A stretch of DNA of 64,000 nt from Chiloscyllium plagiosum. Its lineage: Eukaryota. Positions 12,101 to 25,290 of this stretch are shown here, one piece after another. The translations under genes and the position numbers were made by a program. The stretch is from contig NC_057754.1 in assembly GCF_004010195.1 (NCBI RefSeq), positions 1,880,306 through 1,944,305 of the forward strand, read 5' to 3'. Below the pieces are notes generated by a model that saw nothing but the letters and a program-made list of their open reading frames with translations, was not told the DNA's origin and searched no databases. Within the stretch, counting starts at the first letter, position 1, and the number at the start of each line of letters is the position of its first letter.

Positions 12101-12934
12101 ATTTGCTGCAACCAAATTACATTTATGTAGTACTTCTAACATGGAAAAACATTCTGAAGTACCTCAGAGGAGCATGAAACATGGTAAGGCTGCACCTTTG
12201 TAGCAACGTGATAATTTGAGAGATAAAATCAGAAGCTTATAATTCATTCAGTCTTTGCTGGCTTTTTGAAAGATCTGTATAATTAGTTCTGCTTCTTTGT
12301 TCTTTCCCTATAGCTCTGCAAATCTTTTCCTTTCCAAGTTTTTATCCAGTCCCCCTTACAAATGGATCTGCTTCCATTGTCCTTTCAGATTATAACAATT
12401 GAAGTTCCTTGTAAACCAAATTGGATGTGGTGTTGATATGCTTGTCATACCACTATTGATAAGCCAAAATGAAGAGTGATGGCCTATACTATAAGATTCC
12501 AACAATATAGAGAACAGTGAATGAGAAAACAATGCAAATTAGAAGGCAATTAGATAACATAGGGAATGATTTTGTAACTTTAAAGGATGGATTGCTATGT
12601 GTTCTGAACTGGGATTAGACTATACCATTTAAAACACAAATGCACCTAGGATGGATATTCCAAATCAAGTCGCTGGTTAGTAATTTAAAATTGCATTGTT
12701 TGGTTACAGAGTCATACTGACAAAGGAGACCATTTGGTCCACTGAACTGAAACCAGCTCTCTGTCAAGCGATCTAATCACGTGGTCTTGCTCTGTCCCCG
12801 TAATCCTGCAAGTTTATTTTCTTCAAGTTCTTATCTAGTTTCTTTTTGAAATTATTGCTCATGTCTGCTTCCACCATCTTCTCAGACTGTGGATACCAGG
12901 TCATTATCCCTTTTTAAAAAAATTTAAATTCTCA

Positions 12935-13745
12935 GCTCAACCATCTTCAGCTGTTTCATCAATGATCTTCCCTCTATCATAAGGTCACAAGTAGGTATGT
13001 TTGCCTATGATTGCACAATGCTCAGCACTATTCACAACTTCTCAGATACTGAAACAGTCCATGTTCAAATGCAGTGAGATCTGAAAATATCCAGGCTTGG
13101 GCTGACAAGCGACAAGTAACATTTGTGCCATACAAATGCCAGGCTATAACCTATAATAGACAATTTAACCACTGACAATTTAATCACCATTGACACTATC
13201 AACTTCCTGGTGGTTACCATTAACCAGAATCTCAACTTGACTTGCCATATAAACACAGCAGCTACAAGTGCCGGTCAAAAGCTGGGAATACCGTGGCAAG
13301 TAACTCACCTCCTGACTTCCCAGAGCCTGTATATCATCTGCAAGGCACAAGTCAGCAGTGTGATGGAAAAGCTCCCCACTTGTCTGGATGAGTACAGCTC
13401 CAACAACAACCAAGAAGCTTAACACCATCCAGGACAAAGCAGCCAACTTGATTGGCAGTACATCCACTCCCTCCACCGCCAATACTCAGTGGCAGCAGTG
13501 AGTACCATCTACAAGATACACTGCAGAAATTCACCTAAGATCCTCAGTAAGCTCCTCCATGACCCCTTCCATGTAGAAGCATAACGGCAGCAGATACATG
13601 GGAACACCACCCCTGCAAGTTCCCCTCCAAGCCACTCACCATCCTGACTTGGAAATATATCACTGTTCTTTCAATATCTCTGGGTCAAGATCCTGCACTT
13701 CCCTCTCTAGTGGCATTGTGGGTCTACCCACAGCAGCCACCTACT
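12935..13745 (+). mobile_element. Decayed L2/CR1-group LINE: RT C-terminus and 3' region
   Basis: Reads TIFSCFINDLPSIIRSQVGMFAYDCT (FADD-type motif), then IQAWADK..VTF; related 3' ends at ~34203-34350 (+) and ~38920-39050 (-). Confidence 0.75.
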
Positions 13746-15511
13746 CATTAGAACTGTGTATTAAATATATACTTCGTCTCCAAACACCTTCTACCAAAAT
13801 GCATCATCTTAACCGTTTTGCACTTAATTTCCTCTGCCCACTTGTTTGTCCATTCTCCTACCCTAACAATGTCCTGTTGTAGTTGATTGGTCTCCTTCTC
13901 ACTTTTTGCTTCATTTCCAAGTTTGATATCATCAACATATTTTAGAATTCTGTTCCAGTATCCATCTCATCTATAAATCAAAAAAGCAGTGGTACTAGTA
14001 CTGACCTTTAGAGGAATACCACTTTCTATAATGCTTTAGGCTTGAAAGCAACTAATTACCAGAACTTATTGTATTTGGCCTGGTACTCACTTGAAAAAGT
14101 CACCTGACATGTATCATACTCCTCTTTTATATTGTATCGTCAAATACTGTGGACTTGGAGTGCATGCAGCTGCTGCTCAGGATCATGCTGTGAGACACTG
14201 TATCTTGGCCACCGTGCGCCAGGAGGGGAGGAGCAAGCAGTGAGCAGGAATTGACAGATATCCTCTTTTGATTTCCATGTTAGAAATTCTCAGTATTTGG
14301 TTTCTATCCAAGTTGTAGGAACTTCTGTATTAATGAGGAAAAATTAAGTAGTAATGAGGATGATTATGAGCGATGATCCCTGTTAATAGACCTATCACCA
14401 CTCTCTAAGGAGAATCTCATCTCGATATCTGGATCCTTGTTGGAAAATGTGACTTGATGCTTCTGAAGCTGAGAAAGGTCTCACTGGATTTCTCCTGCAT
14501 TTCTTCAAAGTTTCTCCTCATGGTTCACATTGTTTAGCGCTTGGGAAGATATTTTTCTCTGGCCCTCCTAGGTTTGCCTGCAACTTGTACTGAAGAATCT
14601 TTAATTACTGGAGATTTGAGGACAGTCTTGGAAGGTCAATAATGGGATAGTGATTTACTAATACAATTGTTATTGTACATATGTTAGTGTGCCTAATATT
14701 AATTTTGACATATTTATGCCCAAAGCACAGAGTGCCATCATACAGTAATTTACCATGTTCTTCTACAGACACAGCACCTTGTGCAGCAGACAGCCATTTA
14801 ATTGGGTACAGACATCTTATGTGGAAATAACAATTTACACCATACTAGTTTCATTATCACATAGATGGTAGATTCCTATTGTATGTACCAAAGATGGATA
14901 ATCACTCTCGTATTAAGCATATCCAAGGAAACATAGTGACAAAACTACAATCAAAACTTATGGAACCAAGTGTTTGTCTGAAGCTGACTTGCATATATTT
15001 GAAATTTTCATTAACAAGACAATTTTTAAATGTTAAATTATTGTGATAGGCAGTGCATTTAGCATATGAAAATCCTTGTACTTAACATAATCTTCTAACG
15101 TGTGACATTTGACTGCATTAAATGTGGTAACTTGTATGCACACCCTGTAAGCTCTGTATTTTAGATACTTTGGTTTTCAGTATGAGATAATGTCCTTCCC
15201 ATCCATTTGAAACACATCTTCCCTATTTTCTCTTTGTTTTGCCATTCTATTAAGAGGCTGCACCACTGGGATGCTGATAAACTATCCTTTAAGGTAGATC
15301 ATGTGAACTCCCTGATGGTTTATGCCAGTGTAATTGAGCCTCAGGAAAACAACAGATTGCAACGTCTGTGATAAAGCTGTTCACTGCTGAGGTTGACGTA
15401 AAAGGACTGCAATTGAATATGGGGTGGGAGGCACTGGGAAATCCAGCCAGGCTGCTGCTCCTTATCCAGTTTGAAAGTTGGTCTGTACAAACATTGCTGA
15501 TATCCAACCTG

Positions 15512-15601
15512 CAAGTCTTGAATCAAGAACAGAAAGTACAGCAGGTCTGGCAGCCCAGCACTTTCTGTTTTAGTTTCAGATTTCCAGCATCTGCAGTTCT
15601 T
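15512..15601. mobile_element. Tiny Penelope pLTR hairpin remnant
   Basis: aacagaaagt...actttctgtt inverted ends; ends in gatttccagcatctgcagttct as in other pLTR copies. Confidence 0.55.
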
Positions 15602-16329
15602 GATCAGAGCGACAAGGTGTGTTTGTGTTTTGGAGTTGTGTGAGCATTAATTGGAATATGGATTGAAATATGTCCTCTAAAGTTCTAAGGTCTGAGTCCA
15701 TAACTGATTCACAAATTCCAGAAGTTAAGAAGGTGAGCTGAGACTGGCTGTAAGAATCCTTCAGCCAACTAGCTAACTGACATTCCTTGTCCAGATTAAT
15801 CCATAGAATGGGTTTAAAACTGTGGACTGACACCCCAACAAGAATAGGCACCTTAAGTGAAACACAGAATGACATTGAATCAGTTTGATATAAGTAATTT
15901 ACTATTTTCATTTTGAAACTGGTGTCACATTACTAGTATATTCGACTTATACTCTATTTTACTCAATTTATTTTCCTTGTTATTCCAAGTAGAATGAAAA
16001 AAATGTAATCAAGCAAGAGCTAAATTGCCCTTTTCAAAACACATGGTGTTGCTGATTATCACTTAAACTGTCACTGTGATTTTATACTTGTTACATGAAA
16101 TCCTGTCAAAATATGTTAAATTAATGAATTAAGTTGTTAACATTCAACTAAATCTCCAGAGCTGACAATTGATGAGCTGCTAATTAAAGCCTTGTCAAAC
16201 AGAAATTTTGCAGTACTGGCTATGTGTTTCTTTTGTGTAACTTCTATCTCCCCTTTTTAACCAACTTGTTGTTTGACTTTTGACATTTCATTAAAGTTAA
16301 AGAAAGCACCTTAGCTGATTTTTGACTTC

Positions 16330-17000
16330 AATTCCACCAAATTCTATTATCCCCATGCTCCTTAATTCCCTCCATATCCTGTCAACAATCGATCATTATC
16401 GTGAATCAACTTAATAACTGAACATCCACAGTCTTCTGGGGCCGAGGATTCCAAAGATTCATAATTCTTTGAGTGAAGGAATTTCTCCTCATCTCAACTC
16501 TAAATGTTCAATCTCTTATTTTAAGATTGTGGACTCTTATTTTGGGATTCACAGTCACCTTCAACCCTATTCAGCTTCTCAATAGTTTTGAGTTTCATAG
16601 GAACAGGTGTAGGCCATTCAGCCCTTGAGCCTGTTCCACCATGCAATGTGATTATGGCTGATCTGCAGCCTAATTCCATTTCCTGATTTAGGCTCATATC
16701 CGCTTAACAAAAATGTATCTTTCTCAGATTTGAAATTAACAACTGAAACAGCAATCACTGCCTTTTGTGGAAGAGAGATCCGATATCTACCCACTTTGTG
16801 TGTAGAAGTGCTTCCTGAAGAATCTGGCTCTAATCCTACAGACTATGCCCCTAGTTCTAGTATACCTAACCAGTGAAAATAGTTTATCTTCGTCTACTCT
16901 GTATTTTTCTGTTAATAGCTTGAAGGCTTCAATTAGATCACCCCCTAACTTTCTAAATTCTTTTTAAAACCAGCCTAATTTGTGTAATCTCTTCTCATGT
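16330..17000 (-). mobile_element. CR1 LINE 3' fragments (two overlapping pieces)
   Basis: ggaacaggtgtaggccattcagccc...; gagtgaaggaatttctcctcatctc (reverse of the CR1 3' end). Confidence 0.7.
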
Positions 17001-17112
17001 CTGGACTTCAGGGGTTATCAGTGGGTTTACTACTCCTTCTTCTAAACAGTAGGGAGCATTGACCTAATTTACACAATCTCCCTGCCTAGAACAATCTACT
17101 TATCTCAAAATG

Positions 17113-18845
17113 TGATGAAGCGAGTCCCACACGGCTCAGTGCTGAGACTTCAACTTTTTACAAATTTATATCAATGACTTAGATGAAGGGAGTGAATGAA
17201 TGGCAGTTAAATTCACAGATGTTACCAAGATAGAAAAATATGTTGTGAAGAAGAGATAATAAGATTACAGACAGATTTAGATAGGTTGTGAGTGGACAAA
17301 AATATCTGGCAGATGGTGGGGAAACATGAAATTGGTCACTTTGGCAGGAAGAATAAATAGAGTATTACTTAAATGGAAAACAACAGTAGAATTGCAAAGT
17401 GAAAAAGGTGTCCGGTGCATAAGGCATAAAAAGTTAGTATGCAAGTGTAAAGCGTACACAAAAAATGCTAATGGAATGCTATCCTTTATTATGAGTGGAA
17501 TTAAACATACGTAAGAATGTGATGTGAAATAACCCCACACAGGCTGGTACCCCATCACAAAGTCACACTTTAATGACACGTGGAAAGTGTCGCAGTGTCA
17601 CCTTGACACTGGTCATGCTCCCTCAGAGTGAACAGAATCTCTGACACTCCTGTTTATTTCTGTCAGCCAGGGCTCCCTGGTTGGGGCGGTTAATCTGATC
17701 CAATCACATGCATCTGCCAATCATCTTAACTGAGTCAAAAATCCCAATATTGATTCTCCTGGTCCTTGAAGTACTAAGTAAAAATAACAGTGTATCAAAA
17801 TTAGAAGAGGCTTGGACTCGTAATATTATTCCTTCACCAAATTCATCAGCTCTTGAAAGGTTTTAGCATCTGGTGCCTCTGGAAAATTAGGCTGCTAATA
17901 ATCGGAAACACTGTGGGTCCACATGCTGTCAGGAGAATTACTTGTTGCTTTTCATCTGCCCCAATGTCATTAGCTCAGAAAAAATAACACTTATTGGGTC
18001 CAGTCTTCGAGGGCAGGATTTAACAAGTTAAACTTCCCAAAAATGGCAAGATGCCAGAAATGCTTACCCCACCTCAAAAACGACTGTTGAGAGCAAATTT
18101 CTTCCCATGCTTTACTCTCGTCACCACTGAACTAACTCCACAAAGGTCAGTATCCCATCCTCAAGTCACCCTTTATTTACATGATCCAGTTCCCTCACAG
18201 CCAGCTCTCTGTGTCAGAATGTCTCAGTCAGAGAACTCCTATCCTTTGAGGTCCACCTTCCTGACCTTGTCATAATCACTACATTATGTTTATGTGTACA
18301 AGGCACTCGTGAAACCTCATCTCGAATACATGTGTGAAGTTTTGATGTCCTTACATAAGGAAGGGCATAAATACATTGGAGGTGGCTTTGAGGAGGCACA
18401 CTAGATTGATGCCTGGATTGAATTGGCTGTTTTTTGAGAACATGTTCAATATCCTGGCCTTATTTCCACTGGAATTTAGAAGAGTCAGAGCTATCTTGAT
18501 TGAAGTATATAATCCTGAACAAGGAGGATGTGGACAAGGATGGTTCCTCTAGAGGTCGGTCCAGATCTAAGGGACCCTGTTTTAGAATTAGGGGTCACCA
18601 TTTTAGTACAGAGATGAGAATTTTTTTCTCAGACCATTGTGCAACTTTGGCTCTGTCTGCCTTAGAAGGTGTTGCAAGTGGGATTATTAAATATTTTCAA
18701 GGCCGAGGTAGATAGATTATTATTAGGCAGAGGTATAAAAAATTACCACGTGTAGACTGGAATTGGAATTCAAAACTCAAACAGATCAGCTGTGATCTTA
18801 TTGAAAGGTGGAGCAGGCTTAATGGGCTGAATGGTCTACTGTCAG
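17113..18845 (+). mobile_element. Decayed CR1 LINE interrupted by a Gypsy remnant at 17525-18283
   Basis: VPHGSVL..QLFTxYINDLDEG..KFTD RT motif; resumes at 18284 (YKALVKPHLEY) and runs to 3' UTR gggctgaatggtctact. Confidence 0.8.
17525..18283 (-). mobile_element. Internally deleted Ty3/Gypsy LTR retrotransposon (LTR-PBS-gag 5'-LTR)
   Basis: Related LTR-like segments at 18128-18283 and 17525-~17708. PBS TGGTGACGAG at 18117-18126 (-). Decayed gag N-terminus at ~17710-18049 (GKF..LNPALEDWTQ..ANDIGADEKQQVILLTACGP..PEAPDAKTFQEL..PGESI). Flanks tgatg/ttatg. Confidence 0.75.
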
Positions 18846-19162
18846 ATCATATATTTGTGTGAAGTGACAGCCAGTGCAACAAAGATGTTGAAAGTCAAAG
18901 AATGCATGTCTTATTAACATTGTGCACTTCAGTTTTTGCATTTATGAGTAACATTTTATGTTTCACTGGTGAAGATCTTTAAAATAACTGTAGCCTTTTA
19001 TAGGAGACACAGGTTATTTCAGCAGCTGAGTTTAATCAGTTGGAACATCTGCAGAAGTTCTGAAGAAAATACACATTTTGTCAAAGCATTGTGTCCTGCA
19101 TTCTTCATGACATTTGCAAGAATACCAATGTAAAGGGGAACAATATTTTTACACTGTATAAG

Positions 19163-19778
19163 TGTGACCATACTCTGGCTTTAAAAGGTGAATTTTGTTC
19201 TGGTTTTGTTTTTGAAGAGAAGTTTTGAGCCATAGGTGCTGAGCTGTTTCTTCCCAGCCAATAAAATAAACAGCTTGTAAGGCCTTGGGCTTTTTAAAAT
19301 TGGAACAGTAGGAGCAGCCTGAATGGATAGGGTCAGGCTCCCACAGAGCCAGGGTTTTAGTTTAGCTTTCGGCAGTTGTTGGAGTATTGAAGTTGGCTGT
19401 GGATGCTGTCTTCCTCTCCCTGCTACAGCTTAAAAGCTTAGGTTCTCTCTCTTTGCTGGAATTGCACATGAGACAGTCTATTTTATTGAATTTGTCTTTG
19501 CCAAGAGCATATTAGCGGATGTAACTATATTGGAACAATTGCTGTTTTGTAGTTAAGTAATCTGTTATTGTGTTAGGTTTTCCAATAGTTAAAGCAAATC
19601 AATTCTTTCCTTTTTATTTTAATTCGGGCTAAGAATAAAGTGTGTCTTGCTTAAATCTGAGTAGTGTGACCAGTCAAATTACATCTGGAACACAGTATCT
19701 TACATTCACCTTTAAATAAGCTAAAAATTAGGCTATCTCCTTAATGTATTTGCAGGGAGTTTGGTCTGATCCATAACA
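19163..19778. mobile_element. Solo LTR (Gypsy-like)
   Basis: TGT...ACA ends, aataaa signal; 3' end tttggtctgatccataaca resembles the reverse of the 30081 LTR start. Confidence 0.6.
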
Positions 19779-20462
19779 TAAAGTCTGGATTGGTATCGTT
19801 GTTATCTATTACAAACTCATTGACTCCCAGTTACCTCGATTATGCACCCCCAAACCCTGCTTTCTGTAAAGACTCCATTCCATTCTCCAAGTTTCTCTAT
19901 CTCCATTGCATCTATTCCGATGATGCTAACTTCTACAAGAGGGCTCTGAAGTGTTCACCTTCTTCCTCAACCAATAATTCCTCACTGTCGTGGTTGACAG
20001 GGCCCTCTTCTGTGCCTGATTCATCTCCTGCACTTCTGACCTCACCCTATTGTCTTCTCTCCCATAACACTGATAGGCTCGCTCTGGGCCTTACTTTTCA
20101 CCACACCAGCATCCTCATCAAAAGGATCATGAGCCGCCCTATCCACCACTTCCACACATTTCAGAGCCCTCTTGTAGAAGTTAGCATCATCGGAATAGAT
20201 GCAATGGAGACAGAGAAACTTGGAGAATGGAATGGAGTCTTTACAGAAAGCAGGGTTTGGGGATGCATAATCGAGGTAACTGGGAGTCAATGAGTTTGTA
20301 ATAGATAACAACGATACCAATCCAGACTTTATGTTATGGATCAGACCAAACTCCCTGCAAATACATTAAGGAGATAGCCTAATTTTTAGCTTATTTAAAG
20401 GTGAATGTAAGATACTGTGTTCCAGATGTAATTTGACTGGTCACACTACTCAGATTTAAGCA
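19648..20462. repeat. 307-bp near-perfect inverted repeat (arms 19648-19954 and 20156-20462, 201-bp spacer)
   Basis: Arms align without indels; about 3 transitions counted by eye. Confidence 0.95.
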
Positions 20463-21385
20463 GTGGTGCCACTCATTCCCCTCCTCTCACTTGTCAACTT
20501 TCCCAGGAACCGTTCTGTTCAGGACACCCTGATACACTTCTCCTCCATTCACACCTCCCCTAACACCCACACAGCACCTTCCCATGCAATCGCAGAAGGT
20601 GTAATACATGCCCATTTACTTCCTCCCTCCTCTGTATCCAAGGCCCCAGACACATTGTCTAGGTGAAGCAGTGATTTACCTGCACTTCGTTCAATGTGGC
20701 TTACTGTATTCTCTGCTCACAATGTGGTCTTCTCTACACTAGGGAGACAAAATGCAGACTGGATGACAGTTTTGCAGAATATCCATATTCTGTCTGTCAA
20801 AATGACCCTGACCTTTTGGTTTCCTCCCACTTGAGTGCACCACTGTGTTCCTTGGCCAGCGTCTCTTTCTTGGGATTGCTGCAGTGCTCTGGTGAAGCTC
20901 GGGGCAAGCTGGAAGAACAGTATCTCATTTTCCATTTGGATACCCTGCAGCCTACAGGACTCAATTTCAAGTTCAATAATTTTAGAGCCAGACCACTGCC
21001 TTCCATGTACTTTCCAAACCCCCGCATACAAGGCCTTATCATCACATGGGCTGCTTCCATAACCAACCCATTGTCGGTGACTAATGGCCCCCATAGCAGC
21101 TATTGATTCTCCCAGGCTGCCCATTACCCATTTCTTTGTCTTCACAACTGCTGCTGTCTCTCTCTGGGCTCCGTCTCCACCTATCATTTATTCCTGCCTC
21201 CTTCACCCAGCCCATCCAAAGAATACATACCAATCTTTTCCTAGCTACAAGCCGTTTGAAAGAAGGGTCACTGGACCCGAAACTTTAACTCTACTTTGTC
21301 TCCACAGATGCTGCAAGATCTGCTAAGTTTCTCTAGCAATTGTTTTTTTTTTCTGATTTTCAGCATCTGCACTTCTTTAGTGTTT
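19800..21385 (+). mobile_element. Decayed Penelope-like element (RT thumb, GIY-YIG, pLTR)
   Basis: SYLDYA..PAFCKDSIPFSKFL; YCILCSQCGLLYTRETKCRLDDSFAE...EEQYLIFHLDTLQPTGLN; pLTR with gggtc-actg-gaccc-gaaa at 21265-21282. Confidence 0.85.
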
Positions 21386-22045
21386 TTGTTTTGTGTTGGT
21401 TTGTTCGTAGGTGGACTGTTTGATTGGTAGAGAAAGAATAAAAAATGCACCGGCTAGGTGATGACAGACAGTGAACTATCAAGCTTTTTAAAATTTTCAC
21501 CAGGCAAGTTGACTTGGATTAGTCAAGGTACTGCCCTGAGGAATGAACAAATGAATAGCTGTCGTCTATTTTGTTAAGTTGAAACAGGTACAATGTGTGT
21601 ACGTGCTGTTTCTGTCTACGAAGAGCAGGACCCTATATATTAATACTTGTAGATTTCCAAATATACAAAAGCACTACATTGCTAGCCTGACTGATAATCT
21701 TAAATTCTTTGTCAGTGTAACTTATGATACATTCAGGATTACTTAGTAAATGTTGTCTGATCATGGAATCGTTATTATTTTAAACATGCATATATACCTG
21801 TTGTTATGCGTGCACGAAAACGTATATGCCGCATTACTGATTTATCTATATATCTTGGTAGCTGCATCCTTTTAGTGGCAAATATCATCCATGTTGCTGC
21901 TCTTAATAGCAGTTGCAAAACATAGCTTTACCTGTTGCTCAGTTCTTTTATATATACTTTACCATTCTGAGGTAGACTAGGCACTTCTCAGGAGTAAAGG
22001 ATGATAGTCTTTAGCCCATTCATGAGTTTGTATAATATATGGTGA

Positions 22046-22718
22046 TGTTACGACACAGGGTAAACCCTCCTGCTTAATTTAAATCAGCAACACAGAAAAG
22101 ATTATCTCGTGCAGTAATCTCTGAAAATTTGAGAGGCCAAGAACTATTTAAAGTAAAAATTAACAACTTTATTCCTTAAAGTATAACAGAGAATAATTAA
22201 CTAACAACTATTTACAACTCCTTTCTCTAGCCTATCTTTTACCTTCCCTTCTATAATACTAGTCTGATAAAACCCCTCTAGTTAAGATTTACCAAACAAT
22301 CAAATTTCAAAACCAGGCAACAGTCGAATCTTCGCTTTGTATCTTCCTCTGTAGATTTTCTTCTTCTTTGGTATTTCTATTTCACAGGGCACTGATAGAT
22401 AAAGGTACCTTTTTAAAAGAGCTGTGTTTCTGGCAGTCTCTCCACGCTGGTGGCTTGGCAGTTCTCTCCTCACTGTTCAATTTTTCCTGGTTTTATGCCC
22501 CAAAGCATTGGATTGTTTCATTGGTTTTTAATGTTGTCAATATACTTGATTCAAACTTGATTGGAGGTTGGTACTTTTATGTATAATTTGAACTGATTGG
22601 CTGAATTTGAATTTGTTTTTGTTTCCTAGCAACTCAGCCAGTGTTGCATGTAAATTCTCCAGCACTTTATGTCCTTCACTCTCTGAAAGGTACATTACAC
22701 TTCTACACCTTCATTACA
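22046..22718. mobile_element. Solo LTR (Gypsy-like)
   Basis: TGTTA...TTACA termini; 4-bp flanks gtga/gcga (one CpG-type change). Confidence 0.7.
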
Positions 22719-24269
22719 GCGAGAACTGATGAGATCAGGGTAGTCAATATCTGCAGGATGGCTTTGATGTGCCTAATTTTCAGCCTCTCGTATGCATGGT
22801 GAAAAATGGTGAAGGCCCTGTTTATAAGCTTGCCAATGAGGCCAAAGATGGAGTATGGAACTGCAGAAACTCCAATATGTATGTTGACCAGTGAAGTTAA
22901 GTAGTTGCAAACGCCTTGGCAGATATCTTGACTAGCACATCAAGGTGTAGGAACTCATTTGACTGTTTCATTTGAAAGGTAAATAGAGCTCATTAAGTTA
23001 TGTAAAATCTGAACTTCTACCACCCAAAGACTCCTTCCCCACCTTCCCAACTCCAGTTCTCCAATTTATTGACAACAGTACTGGCTCAAATTTTCAGGCT
23101 TCAATTCAACAAGCTGTGTTGAGATTTCAGTTTTTTGACTTGACATACAGCTTGCTTGTTGAATTTAAATGAGCCTTGAACCAAATGGCTGCCTCCTGTG
23201 CCTCGTTAGTTCAAATACATCTCTGAGACTAGCTTAGCTTTCCTGTTCGTCATCTGAATAGTGCCATGGAATCTTTTGCGTTCACCTGAGACTGCAGAAA
23301 ACACAGCAACTCTGACCATCCAGGGCTATCTCAGATTTACACTTGCTTTACAGAAATGCAAAAATAATTCTCAAAAATCTTTTCAGTGACCAAAGCAAAA
23401 AAGTCACATTTTGCAACAATGCCCCAGCAAAACAACATATATGGGAAATAAGCCTGGTAATTTTTCTTTACTTCCAATTCTGCAAGCCAATTCCAATGAT
23501 CATTCTTTCAAGAACTGATATCCTGATGTTTATTTTAAATTGACTTTCTACTAATTTCAGATTTTGTCCTCAGGCTGTACATTAATGCTTATTTTGAAAC
23601 AAGTTGGCTTTGCTTTATCTAAACCATTTACTATTTCATAGACTTTCATCAAATTCTCCCCTTAACTGACTTCCTTCTAGATGTTCTGTTTGCGTTTCCA
23701 TTTTCTTTCTCCAGGGCCCATTTTATACTTTGGATCAGCCTAATTGAACTTCTTCTTTATAGCCTTTAGTGCATGTTCATTTTTTTTTGCTCTGTGGTCT
23801 TTCTATCTGAACAGACCAGTGATTTGTACAGAAATTTGACCATTGTGTTGATAGACTTCAATGGAGCCTCCATTTTTGAATTATTTCACACTATGGAAAT
23901 TGAAAGCAACATGTCTGCTTTTAGTGTCTAAGGGTTAATTTAGTTAAAGGCTGATAACTGGCACCAAGTGAATGCTCTGACAACAAGACACACTCGTTTG
24001 AAAGTCTGGTTTCAGCACATAACCTTTATCCTAATTGCAGACCTTGTCTGGAGCTAGAATGCAGACACCTTTTACATTTAACTCTCAAGCACTGACTTGA
24101 TAACATTTTTGTGGATAGTGCGTGTGGGCTCCATTCACTCAGTCTTGAGTGAAATTGTAGAGAGTACTGGATAATTCACAGCATATTTCAGGATGGCTTC
24201 GGGACAAGGTGAGAAGTTATATGGGTTCCTGGAAATGACACAAGAGACCTTGGTGGAGACACTCTCCCA

Positions 24270-24340
24270 AAGTGCTAGCTACCTGATGAAGTTATTTGTA
24301 CTTACCAAATAAACCTGTTGGATGATAACCTGGTGTTGTC
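24270..24340 (+). mobile_element. Penelope pLTR fragment (family of 3950-4040)
   Basis: acctgatgaag...ccaaataaacctgttgga..ataacctggtgttgt. Confidence 0.6.
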
Positions 24341-25084
24341 TGCTTTCCGGTTCTCTTCCCATACCTCCTACAGACCAAGGGGACCTGGAGCAAGATACAG
24401 TGACTATGCACTCTGTTTCTCCTGGTGACAATCTAGAGGAGTACAATAGTTAATCTTTGTAAAGAATGCCTGAAACAGATATGGATTAGAGTATTGGTGA
24501 AGTCTTGACAGATTATCGAAGGAAGTTTCCTGACATGTTTCAAAAGCCCTTTTCAAGTTTCCAGTTCCTGCAGCTTTAAGTAGCTCAAAATTTTCTGCAC
24601 TAAGTTGTTTCCTCCAAATCAGCTGGTCAGTGTGAAGAGTTAGCAATTGGTCAAGATGTGCAGCCACCTTAATGAAGGCTAGCGAACAACTTAAAATGCA
24701 TTCAACCCCTTTTGAGTCCTTTGAGTGGCTTTTCTCACTGTAAGCTTCAACTCCTTTAAGGTAATGTCTGCAATAGATGTCGTCTAAATTGAGTTTTATC
24801 TTCAGACTCCACCTTGGTTGGTTTTTTATTGTCTTAACTTATTTGGGAAATAAATCATCCCTTTGAGCCTTCCCTAAGTATCCCTGTCTGTCATTTCCAT
24901 ACATTCTGCATTAAAATTGCACATTTTTTCAACCTCTGTACAGTTCTTCTCATCATTTATTTGTGAGTTATTTTAAATTCTTTCACAGTTCTTTAGGTGT
25001 TTTTCTTTCTATACTTTCCCCTTATTTTAGCGCTGCCACAATTTACTAGCTCACAATATTGTATTTGTAAATTAAAACGATACA

Positions 25085-25290
25085 GTGAAAGAGACCTCGG
25101 GACGAAATTCTTTTTTAATGCTGTGAGCTGTTTAGAATTTATTGTCTCAAAGGGGCACGGGGAGAAGCTTTCTAACTAACTTTCAAAAGAAATCAAATAA
25201 ATACGTGAAGGGAAAAGAGTTGCCAAGACTACAAGGAAAGCCTAAGACGCGGCACAAGCACGATGGGCTGAATGGACTCCTGTGCAATTT
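25085..25290 (+). mobile_element. CR1 3' end fragment
   Basis: ...ggcacaagcacgatgggctgaatggactcctgtg. Confidence 0.55.

Larger units (their letters stand above)
19060..21780 (-). mobile_element. Old repeat (same family as 40200-40690) split by later insertions
   Basis: 19090-19162 and ~21400-21760 are reverse-complement similar to consecutive parts of 40290-40640. Confidence 0.55.
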
